DNA from: a virus
Lineage: Duplodnaviria > Caudoviricetes
Direction: 5' to 3' (one strand)
IMG/VR virus record: IMGVR_UViG_3300032321_001059
Location: 1 to 40,485 of that record
Length of the DNA stretch: 40,485 bases
Part shown: positions 1 to 8,100 of the stretch, piece after piece
How positions within the stretch are numbered: the stretch's first letter is position 1
How the letters are laid out: the number at the start of each line of letters is the position of its first letter
Made by a program: the position numbers and the translations under genes
The notes under the pieces: model-generated
What the model was told of the DNA's origin: nothing
The model's database searches: none
What the model saw: only the letters and a program-made list of their open reading frames with translations

Positions 1-14
1 CTTGCATGTCCGCT

Positions 15-43
15 GTTATCGGACAAGTGCGGACAAATGGCAA
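15..43 (-). promoter_or_regulatory. Leftward sigma70-type promoter for xis and the long minus-strand operon, with GTCC boxes
   Basis: Minus strand TTGCCA (38-43), 17 bp, GATAAC (15-20); xis ATG lies 7 nt past the -10 (leaderless-like); GGAC boxes at 21 and 31. Confidence 0.6.
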
Positions 44-67
44 GCGTGTTTTTCGGGGTGGCGCGTC

Positions 68-85
68 ATGGGGTGAAAACCCCAT
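68..85. promoter_or_regulatory. Perfect inverted repeat between the divergent promoters
   Basis: ATGGGGT-GAAA-ACCCCAT. Confidence 0.45.
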
Positions 86-105
86 ATGCAGCGTGTCGGT
101 AGTTG

Positions 106-141
106 TTGACTTGTTGTGGACGAGGGCGGACGTTTGCGGAC
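106..141 (+). promoter_or_regulatory. Rightward promoter of the RHH regulator with three GGAC boxes
   Basis: TTGACT (106-111), 17 bp, GACGTT (129-134); GGAC at 118, 128, 138. Confidence 0.55.
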
Positions 142-143
142 GA

Positions 144-407
144 ATGAAACCAACAACAAAAGCGGCGGCACGTCGTGACGGCAAAAAAGTCACCGTCTCC
201 CTGCTGCCGAAGACGCACACCCGCCTCAATCGCGCGGCGCCAGCTCACCGCGTGAGCAACAACCGGTATGTCCAGATGGCCATCGAATTCTTCCTAGATT
301 GCGAAGAAGCATTCGGGGGTCCGCTCACGCCACAGTTCCGCGACGCCACGGTCGGCCAACTGCGCCGGACGCAGGAAAAGCTGAAGCAATTCCTGTCGGA
401 AGGGTGA
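144..407 (+). CDS. Ribbon-helix-helix (Arc/CopG-like) transcriptional regulator, candidate repressor (87 aa)
   Basis: KKVTVSL beta-strand followed by two helices (THTRLNRAA, SNNRYVQMAIEFFL); divergent from xis. Confidence 0.7.
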   Translation: MKPTTKAAARRDGKKVTVSLLPKTHTRLNRAAPAHRVSNNRYVQMAIEFFLDCEEAFGGPLTPQFRDATVGQLRRTQEKLKQFLSEG

Positions 408-410
408 TTT

Positions 411-439
411 TTAGCCTGTTTGGGGAGGGCTAATTTTTT
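411..439 (+). terminator. Possible intrinsic terminator after the RHH gene
   Basis: TTAGCC...GGCTAA stem followed by T6. Confidence 0.4.
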
Positions 440-441
440 CC

Positions 442-492
442 TTGTGCTGTCCGCAAAAGTCCAGTAATGTCCGCACTGTAATGAAAACACAC
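442..492 (+). promoter_or_regulatory. Early promoter cassette 1
   Basis: TTGTGC-17-TAATGT; GTCC at 449, 459, 469; ATG at 481 followed by AAAACACAC. Confidence 0.7.
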
Positions 493-1449
493 ATCCGAAA
501 CTTCCCAGCCAGCGACCTCAACTTGGTCGCGTTTGCCTACGTCTACGAGGAGCACTCAATGCACTCCAGCACAGGGTTCGAGACCTGCGTCGAGATGGAG
601 GTGCGCGACCAAGCCGCCTACAACCGCTACCAGCAGGCCGGTGCGGTCAACGGCAACAGTTGCAACTGCGACTGCTGTGGCCACTCGCTCCTGTATAGCT
701 GCATCGTCGAGCACGCGCCGACCGGCGGGCTCTTTCACATCGGCCGCGACTGCTTTGCCAACGTCGAGTGCCTGCAGCAAGGCGCGCAGTGGTTGAGCCT
801 CACCAGCGACCGCGCGGTGGCTCGCGTTGCCGCTGGCAAGAAGGCAGCGAAGGAGCGCAAGGCCGGTGACGTGCGCGAGGCCAAGTTCTTCGCGGAGCAT
901 GCCGACCTAGCTCCGGCGTTCGAGTTCGCCAAGAACCCTCCGGTCGCGGAGAGCCATCCGAGCTACTACAAAATCTCCTACGGCGTCGCCACGCTGAACG
1001 ACATCCGCCAGCGCATCCGCCGCAAAGGCGCTCTCAGCGACAAGCAGCTTGCGCTGGTCGGCAAGCTGTACAGCGAAGCGCTGGCCAAGCTCGATCAGGA
1101 CCGCGTGCGCGCCGAGCAGGTCGCCGCGGCCGTCGCCAATGGCCTGCGTGCGCCGGAGGGCCGTGTCGCGGTCGAGGGAACCGTCGTCAGCACCAAGTGG
1201 GTCGAGAACGACTTCGGCGGCGCTTACAAGTGCCTCGTAGACTTAGGCAACGGCACCCGCGTCTACGGCACCCTTCCGGCCTCCGCGGACAACGCCGAGC
1301 GCGGCTCCAAGGTCAGCTTCACGGCGACCTTCGAGGTCAGCGCCAAAGACCCGCTCTTCGCCTTCTACAAGCGCCCCACCAAATGGGCGGCGGCGCCGGT
1401 CGGGGCAGGGGAACCCGCCTTGGCCCAGCCTCAAAAAATAGCCGCTTGA
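481..1449 (+). CDS. Early protein, 322 aa, with N-terminal Cys/His cluster and C-terminal OB-fold-like region
   Basis: CDCCGH...HIGRDC putative Zn site; C-terminal beta-rich GRVAVEGTVVSTKW...KVSFTATF. Confidence 0.75.
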   Translation: MKTHIRNFPASDLNLVAFAYVYEEHSMHSSTGFETCVEMEVRDQAAYNRYQQAGAVNGNSCNCDCCGHSLLYSCIVEHAPTGGLFHIGRDCFANVECLQQGAQWLSLTSDRAVARVAAGKKAAKERKAGDVREAKFFAEHADLAPAFEFAKNPPVAESHPSYYKISYGVATLNDIRQRIRRKGALSDKQLALVGKLYSEALAKLDQDRVRAEQVAAAVANGLRAPEGRVAVEGTVVSTKWVENDFGGAYKCLVDLGNGTRVYGTLPASADNAERGSKVSFTATFEVSAKDPLFAFYKRPTKWAAAPVGAGEPALAQPQKIAA

Positions 1450-1536
1450 CGTGTCCACAGAAGTCCAGTAATGTCCTCACTTGTTATGAAAACACACACC
1501 AACACAATGGGCGCAGCGAACACCACGGCTGCGCAG
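1446..1536 (+). promoter_or_regulatory. Early promoter/leader cassette 2
   Basis: TTGACG-17-TAATGT; GTCC at 1453, 1463, 1473; similarity to 2552-2641 extends through 17 codons. Confidence 0.8.
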
Positions 1537-1869
1537 TTTGTCGTCAAATACGTCGCGCATCCCGTGTTTGACCCGACCGAGCGCGAGGCGACCATCTCGG
1601 ATGATGCCGCCTTCAGCGAGGATCAGATCGCCGCGAAATTTGTGACCCGCCACGGCGGCAGCATCATCTCGGTAGCGCGCGTCCGCGAACCGCATAAAGC
1701 AACAAGACGCCCCATCAAAGTCGGAACGTGCTACACCACCGCAGACGAAAACGGCGTTGCCGTCATCGGCGCGATGGTCACATGGAACGATGGCGAGTCT
1801 GGCGAAATGACTTGGCCGAACACGGATGCTTTTAGCGCCTTCCAAGGCCGCTACTACTACGGAGTCTGA
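1486..1869 (+). CDS. Hypothetical early protein (127 aa), N-terminus MKTHTNTMGAANTTAAQ
   Basis: ORF directly after cassette 2. Confidence 0.7.
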   Translation: MKTHTNTMGAANTTAAQFVVKYVAHPVFDPTEREATISDDAAFSEDQIAAKFVTRHGGSIISVARVREPHKATRRPIKVGTCYTTADENGVAVIGAMVTWNDGESGEMTWPNTDAFSAFQGRYYYGV

Positions 1870-1882
1870 CGGAGGACAAATC

Positions 1883-2143
1883 ATGAAACCACACACCACA
1901 CACATCCGCTGGAACTTCAACCAGCAACTCACCCGCCTCCGCACCGGCGACGTCGTCCGTTACGACGGCAAGCCGGTGCGCGTCGAGCGCGTCACACCCA
2001 CGGCAGCCTACATCGCGCTGCCGGTCGAACCCCGCACGTTCACCACCCTGATGGGGCAGACGGTGACCGTGAAGGCCAAGCCGAAGTGCGTTGCCATCTC
2101 GGCCAACTCGGAGATACCTGTGCTTAACCGGAGGGCTGCGTGA
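1883..2143 (+). CDS. Hypothetical protein (86 aa), beta-rich
   Basis: GGAGGA Shine-Dalgarno; operonic position. Confidence 0.7.
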   Translation: MKPHTTHIRWNFNQQLTRLRTGDVVRYDGKPVRVERVTPTAAYIALPVEPRTFTTLMGQTVTVKAKPKCVAISANSEIPVLNRRAA

Positions 2144-2352
2144 TGAAACCTCAGCGTGTATCGGCCAAGCACATCGCCCGCAAATACGCGGACAGCGACG
2201 GATACTGGATTGACCTGAAGCAAGGCTGGAAATGGTCCGGCGATCCGGTCGGCTGCGTCCACGGCATCCACGAAGACACGCGCCAGATCGCGCGGCGCGA
2301 GACGGTCCTGCCGTGCGACTGCCGGTGCTGCGTAGAGAAAGAGGACGCATGA
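2140..2352 (+). CDS. Hypothetical protein with Cys-rich C-terminus
   Basis: Overlapping stop/start; CDCRCC motif. Confidence 0.65.
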   Translation: MMKPQRVSAKHIARKYADSDGYWIDLKQGWKWSGDPVGCVHGIHEDTRQIARRETVLPCDCRCCVEKEDA

Positions 2353-2534
2353 CTGCCATCAACACCCACGCCATCGCGCAGACCGCGGCCACGTTCAACG
2401 CGGACCATGATTACGATCTGCAGGCGGCGCTCAAGCTGACCGAGATCGTCATCCGGCACGCTCACATCGTGCAGCTCGCCCGCAAAGAAGCCGCGGACCC
2501 GCAGCTCATGCTGCCCATCGAGGAGGTCGCATGA
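2349..2534 (+). CDS. Hypothetical protein (61 aa)
   Basis: GAGG SD and ATGA overlap. Confidence 0.6.
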   Translation: MTAINTHAIAQTAATFNADHDYDLQAALKLTEIVIRHAHIVQLARKEAADPQLMLPIEEVA

Positions 2535-2551
2535 ACCCCCAAAAAAGGCCA

Positions 2552-2641
2552 TTGACGTGTCCGCAAATGTCCGGTAATGTCCTCACTGTAATGAATGCAC
2601 ACACCAACACGATGGGCGCGGAGAACACTACTGCCGCGCAA
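2552..2641 (+). promoter_or_regulatory. Early promoter/leader cassette 3
   Basis: TTGACG-17-TAATGT; GTCC at 2559, 2569, 2579; upstream A-tract. Confidence 0.8.
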
Positions 2642-2887
2642 AGGCCGCTTTTTCGCGCCGTGGCACGCACACGCAATGCTTTTCGCGTCAGCAAGCACGG
2701 AGTTGCCAACAGCCGCGGCGGCGCCGTGGTTGAGGCCGGTTTGTGGTGCTGCTGCAAATCCGACGATCTTGGCATTGAGGAAGCTATTATGCGAGAACTC
2801 CACCCTGATTGCGCGGTCGCGCTGGAGTGCAACGCCGCGGGGCGCGCTTATTACGAGAGTCTTTCTGAAATAGGGAAAATGCAATGA
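2591..2887 (+). CDS. Hypothetical early protein (98 aa), N-terminus MNAHTNTMGAENTTAAQ
   Basis: ORF after cassette 3. Confidence 0.65.
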   Translation: MNAHTNTMGAENTTAAQRPLFRAVARTRNAFRVSKHGVANSRGGAVVEAGLWCCCKSDDLGIEEAIMRELHPDCAVALECNAAGRAYYESLSEIGKMQ

Positions 2888-3069
2888 GACGGCCACGACT
2901 CACCAAGCGCATTGTCGCAAGCCTGTCGCAAGTCGTTGACCTCGCCCAAAACGACATGGAGGCGGACGAGGATCGATTTACCGCCAACGATTGGGCTGGC
3001 ATCGCCTATCTCAAAAAGCTGATCGCATGGCACAAACAGCGGCCCGCGAAGGCGCAGGAGGACGCATGA
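2884..3069 (+). CDS. Hypothetical protein (61 aa)
   Basis: ATGA overlaps on both sides. Confidence 0.6.
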   Translation: MRRPRLTKRIVASLSQVVDLAQNDMEADEDRFTANDWAGIAYLKKLIAWHKQRPAKAQEDA

Positions 3070-3449
3070 GACCGCTCGCCCTCCTCGCGCTGGCCCTAGC
3101 AGGCTGCGCGGCCACGCCTAACTACTACAACACCGAGCAGGCGCTGCCGGTTCTGACGATTGACATCCGCAGCTTGCCGACCGGCGCCATCATCTACATG
3201 AATGCGGAGTATGTCGGGACGACACCGCTGCAGCTCAAGGTCGTTGCGGATAAGTTTGGCAACTGGGAGCGGCCGACACGCATCCAAGCCTATGTCCCGC
3301 ACGACACGCAAAACTTCGAGGAGGCGCTGTATCCGGCCGGTTCCCGCGTGCCGTCGCGCCTGCTGCTGCGCGTGCCGCGGTACACGCACTGGTACTCGGC
3401 GACGCAGCCGAAGGCGCCACAGGGGGCGCAAACCCTGCAGGTGCGATGA
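3066..3449 (+). CDS. Lipoprotein with PEGA-like domain (127 aa)
   Basis: MRPLALLALALAGC lipobox; IRSLPTGAIIYMNAEYVGTTPL PEGA-like motif. Confidence 0.75.
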   Translation: MRPLALLALALAGCAATPNYYNTEQALPVLTIDIRSLPTGAIIYMNAEYVGTTPLQLKVVADKFGNWERPTRIQAYVPHDTQNFEEALYPAGSRVPSRLLLRVPRYTHWYSATQPKAPQGAQTLQVR

Positions 3450-3670
3450 TGCGTCACGATTACTTCGCCACCGGCACCTTCCCATGGTCAGGCTTGCGCC
3501 TCGCCGGTCGCGTGTTCGACTCGCCGGAGCTGTTCTCGATGATGCGGCGCCAGTGCCTGAGCGACGGCTGTGTGCGCAACGCCTGCGCGGACCTCGATGT
3601 CCTGCCATACGCCGAAGAAGTTGCGGAGATTGAGGCGCACATTCTCCGTGCCGAGGCGGCATATGTCTAA
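3446..3670 (+). CDS. Hypothetical protein (74 aa)
   Basis: Overlapping start; last gene of the plus-strand block. Confidence 0.55.
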   Translation: MMRHDYFATGTFPWSGLRLAGRVFDSPELFSMMRRQCLSDGCVRNACADLDVLPYAEEVAEIEAHILRAEAAYV

Positions 3671-3746
3671 ATTTCGGCGATTCTTCGACACGTCCCGCGG
3701 ACATGTCTAATTGGTGTACTTATCCGAGAACGACGCCACATCAACC

Positions 3747-4865
3747 TCAACGTGGAACATCCCATACTGACGCCACGTCCACCTCGCGGTCATACACCGC
3801 GTAGAACCTAGCGGTCGTCTGGGGGCTGGTGTGGCCGAGCATGTGCTGCACGAGGCTGATCTTGCCGGTCGCGTTGAGCATGTCGGAGCCAGCTTGGCGG
3901 CGCAGCTCGTAGGCAGCCGAGCGCCGGTCGGGGATGAACTCGCGGACCCATGCGTTGAACATCCGCTCCATGAATCTCTTCCGCGACTCGAAGGTCTTGC
4001 CGGTGATGAGGTAGTCGCCCTCGACCGCGAGTAGCTCCGCGGACATCCACTCCGGCAGGGACATGACGCGGCCGCGGTTGTGGCCGGTCTTTAGCGTGAC
4101 GCCTTCCTCCGGACGCTCGATGATGACGATGACCTTCCGGTCCTCGCGGTCCTCGATCCATGACTTGCGGGCGGCGGCACACTCCGAGGGGGTCATGCCG
4201 AGGTATCGCGTTAGTAAATACGCGCGGCGGACGGACCCGCCCATGCCCTTGCTCGAAGCGTCCATCCTTTCGAGGATCTCCGGCGCGATGCGAACAAACG
4301 TGCTGACCGGCGCCTTCATGCCGGTGGTGGCCGCGCAGAACGTGGCGATGTTGTCCGGTAGCTCGAAGCCTTCCCATTCAAGGCTGTGCGCGAAGATCGA
4401 GCGCGTCGAGGCGAGGTTTGTACGGACGGAGTACGGACTGCCTTTGTAGTTGCGCTGGTACTTCGAGATGAGCGCGGTCGTCAGGATCGAGAGGGGCTTG
4501 GCCTTGATGGCATCGACGTCTTCGGTGCCGAGCGCCACGCGCAGGAACCGGAGCATGCAATTGACATTCTCGTGGCGGCTATTGATCTTGCTGACCATCT
4601 CGTAATGACGGATCGCCGCACCAATTGTCTCGGACGTGTCGCGCCGCGCGTGCTCGCGCAGGGCGGTGATGCCCTTGTCCGCGGTGTCATCGAGGATGAC
4701 CTTGGCTTTGACCTTGGCCAGCGCAAGGTCTTCGGTGCCGAGGCTGACGCGCTTCCGCTTCCGGTCGCTGGGGTGGTAGAACTTGAACTGCCAGAATGGG
4801 GAGTCGCCGACTCGGTAGATGGTTCCGGCGATGGCGCTGCTTTTGATCGTGTGTGTGGTTTCCAT
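3747..4865 (-). CDS. int: Tyrosine integrase
   Basis: N-terminal arm-binding-like region (WQFKFY...RKRVSLGT); box II YELRR...VQHMLGHTSPQTTARFYA; adjacent to attP. Start may be 4886. Confidence 0.92.
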   Translation of the reverse strand: METTHTIKSSAIAGTIYRVGDSPFWQFKFYHPSDRKRKRVSLGTEDLALAKVKAKVILDDTADKGITALREHARRDTSETIGAAIRHYEMVSKINSRHENVNCMLRFLRVALGTEDVDAIKAKPLSILTTALISKYQRNYKGSPYSVRTNLASTRSIFAHSLEWEGFELPDNIATFCAATTGMKAPVSTFVRIAPEILERMDASSKGMGGSVRRAYLLTRYLGMTPSECAAARKSWIEDREDRKVIVIIERPEEGVTLKTGHNRGRVMSLPEWMSAELLAVEGDYLITGKTFESRKRFMERMFNAWVREFIPDRRSAAYELRRQAGSDMLNATGKISLVQHMLGHTSPQTTARFYAVYDREVDVASVWDVPR

Positions 4866-4907
4866 GCCGCACTCATGACATGGCAAAATTCACAGTGCAA
4901 GCATGCA

Positions 4908-5120
4908 CTGCCAGACAGCCCAAAAGTCTGGCAGCACTTTGGCAGATCGTCTGGCAGCGAGGGCGCCTCCGCGGGACAATTTTGGACGACGACGGACGCC
5001 TATCTACAGAGGAATTTGGGAATGCCGGTATAGCTCAGCTGGTAGAGCACCTGATTTGTAATCACCTGCGGACCCAGCATTCATGCGGGTTGGCGGTCAC
5101 TCTGGCACCTTATCTGGCAG
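4908..5120. mobile_element. attP region with arm-type repeats
   Basis: TCTGGCAG-like repeats at 4927, 4938, 4950, 5101, 5113 and inverted at 4908; GGAC boxes at 4974, 4984, 4994; tRNA fragment as core. Confidence 0.8.
5024..5064 (+). tRNA. 5' fragment of tRNA-Thr(UGU), likely attP core; not a complete tRNA
   Basis: GCCGGTA TAGCTCAGCTGGTAGAGCA CCTGA TTTGTAA TCA, then diverges; no T-arm or 3' acceptor strand. Confidence 0.85.
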
Positions 5121-5161
5121 TGCCGGATTCGACGGTTTTACAACCGGCGGCGGTCGGAGCG

Positions 5162-8100
5162 CTACCGATTGTCGTCTGTTTGCGACGCGGCCAATCCGCC
5201 GAGCATGGCGCCGTAGACCACCTTGCCGGTGAGGTTGAAGAACTCGTCTGTGATCTTGCTGCGGCCGCGGTTGCCGCTGGGACCGCTCTCCGCGGACACC
5301 ACCTTGATGCGGGGCATGGGGGAGCCGTTGTTCTTGAACGCGGCGGCAAGGTTCTTCCTGATCAAAGCCGTGTCCTTTTCCTTGTTCTTGTTCTCAACGA
5401 TTGTGATGCTTTCCACGTTGCGCAGGTCAGGGTTGAGCACATAAGCCTCAGTCCGGTTTTTCTGGATAGCCACCATGACAGGAATGCCGTCCTTGCTGGT
5501 GAGCGCCTTGGTCTTTCCCTGCGACTTTGTTCCGACAAGCGAGCGCACGGCTATGTCGTTTAGCTGCGACTTGACGCTGCCGAATCCGCCCTTTTTGTAC
5601 ATCGCCCGCACACCGGACAGCGCGCTTTCGGGGATTGAGACAAGGAGCTGGTGCGTGCGGATGTCATCGAGACCAGCGTTGCCGACAAGCAAGCGCGTGT
5701 TGAGCACCTTCCTGCCGCTCGGCAGCGTGTCGTATGTTTCGGCTTCGGGGTTGCCGAATGACCGAGCGTTCTTGTCTCCGATGTTTGCCGATGCGTGAAT
5801 GTCCGTCAGACCGTTGCCAACTCCGTAGTGGTGGTGCGACGTGGCAACAATAGGAGACGACTTCTTCCACTCGAAGAACACAGCGTAGTTGCCTTGGCTG
5901 CCAAACTTTTGGCCCTCGACCACAGATGCATAGACCCGCGGCGGCGCCGCAGGATCTTCGCGCAGTGAAGAGCCGAATGCTTTTTTGTCGGCTGCGCCTT
6001 CGCCGATAAGGAACTGCATGCCCAGATCGACTGTCGAAACGCGAACCTTGCTGGCTCTAGCGGCAGCCACAGACTTCCCTGCCGAGACTTCAGCCTGCTG
6101 CTTCTTGTTGAGCTGCTTGGCAACCTGCTGCGCCTTCATCATCGCCAAATCGTTGTCGCTCTCGAACGCCTCGAAGGCAGACGTTAGCCAGTTGGGGTTG
6201 ACACCCTTGCGCGTCGGAACTGCCGGTCGGCCGGTGCCTGCCATGCGAGAAAGATCGGACGTTCCCATGCCACTGATAACCTGCGACGCACCGGCCACGC
6301 GGCCCTTGATCTTTTTGTAGGTCTCGGTCGCCAGCCCGCGGGCCTCGGCCACAGGGATGCCTTTGTTGATCAGGCGATTGGCCAGCGAATCGATGGCGTC
6401 GTTGCGCAGCTCTTTGATGCGCTGCGGAGTGACCTTGCGGTAGTACTCGTCCAGTTCTTTGATTGATTCTTCCTGCGCCGGAGTGATGCGTCCGGTGATG
6501 GAAGCGTTCTCTGGTTGTTCGAGCACCGGACGAAGGCTGCCGCCTGTTGCCTCGTTGGCTGCATTGAAGTTCTGCAATACCGGCTCGGCATCCGGCAAGA
6601 ACATCGCCTGACCTGTTCTCCGAATGCTTCCGCGCATCTCCGGCGTAATGTTGACGCGCCAGATGGGTGTAGCCTTTTGGGGAGGGTTTTCGCGGACTAT
6701 ATATCCTTGTCCTGCTTTCTGCGCGGCCTTCTTTGCTTCGGCCATCGTTTCAAAAGCGGTTATTGCCCTGTTGTCTGGACCGACAACGTCAAACCGAAGG
6801 TCATCGAGCGGAGTTGAAATGTTAATGCCTGATTTCTCCACCTGCGCGCCCCACTGCTTCACATACTTGCTGATCTCTTTGGGCAAGATCTGGTCATAGA
6901 AGCCCTTCATGCCTTCGCCGCCGACCTTGAGACCATCGCCAGACAACACATGATTGCCCGCCCCGTTAAGAGCGCTTGGCTCAAGCAGCTTGCTCGCTGC
7001 GTCCTTCCCAATGTAATCGGCGAGCTTTTCTTTAGGGACATCGCTTTGTTCTAAAACGCGCTGCCCATCTTTCACGGCTATCAGCCTCTTGTTGAATGGG
7101 TCGTAGTTGACGCTGTCCACCTGCTTACTCAAATCATACCGCGCCGCCTGCGTCTCCCCAGTTGTCCAGCCGATCCAGTCCTTGCCGCTGCCCGCCGCGT
7201 CGCGCAGCGCGCGCTTGAACATTTGCATCGGCCAATCTTTGCGGAATGGGGCGTCTGGAACAGCTTCAACACCAAATGCGGAATTATGGCGCTGCCACTC
7301 TCGTTCATATTCATTCCTTTTTTCTTCAACGTCGGGACGGCCAAGCTCCTCTGCTACATTGGCTGCTTTTTCTGCGGCAACGACCCTTTGATAAGAAGCT
7401 TCAAAATCTTCTGTGTATCCTTGATCTCTTCCCTCTTGATGCCGGTCACTTTGAATCTCCTCAATAAATAATCCGCGTTGGCCATCTGCGTCGGTGCGAT
7501 CGTTGAGGCGCATGTGGGCAATGCGCTTCAAATCTTCCGGTCCTCCTGAGTAGCGATGCGCCTCAGGAAAACCCTCCCACTCATCAATCGCTGGCATCAC
7601 AAGGTTTACTTCACGATAGTTTTCTCCACCAGAAAGTTGATACCTGCCGAAACGTGTTTCGTTTCCGGTATTGTTAGCATCGCTGCCTAGCTGCTGGTCT
7701 TCATATTCCAGCACGGCGCGTTCGTATTCGGAAAAGTCGCGCGTGCGCTGCGCCTGTCTTTCGAGCGCGTTGATGTCGGCTTGCGTCCATTGCTTGCGCG
7801 CGCCACCCATCGTCACCTCCTCCAACCTCACCGCGCCATCATCCGCGAGATACTTCAGCAGCGCATCTTTCGGCACCTTCCCGCCGTTCTCCTTGGCCAG
7901 CCGCTCGGCAGCTAGAAGCACGCCGGTCCACTTTAGCTCCTCGGCTTTGATGCCGTTCTGCGGGTTGGTCAGGATAGCGCGCACTTGGTCAACCGTGGCG
8001 GCCTTGCCTTGGATCTTTGCGTCGAGCACGCGGGTGCTCTTCATGTAGAAGGGTGGGGCGTCTGACGTGTCAGGCAGCGCCTGTCCGCGGCGCGTTACGC

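Larger units (their letters stand above)
1..123. repeat. Terminal direct repeat (copy 1); marks a circular/complete contig
   Basis: Identical to 40363-40485. Confidence 0.97.

Noticed and set aside
1-123. Physical terminal repeat of the virion DNA
   Set aside because: It cuts through the xis start and switch region; more simply explained as assembly overlap of a circular or permuted genome. Reads are needed to decide
6-143. N-terminal extension of the 6..407 ORF (and of the 40172..40447 ORF)
   Set aside because: The extensions run through the divergent promoter region; better starts are 144 and 40369
442-2641. CRISPR array
   Set aside because: The repeats are about 1 kb apart, separated by whole genes, and have promoter structure; no cas operon
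5024-5100. Complete functional tRNA gene
   Set aside because: The anticodon stem is incomplete on the 3' side, and there is no T-arm or 3' acceptor strand
4853-5563. 236-aa plus-strand ORF across attP
   Set aside because: It overlaps the tRNA fragment, arm sites and the antisense end of the giant gene; no protein-like features
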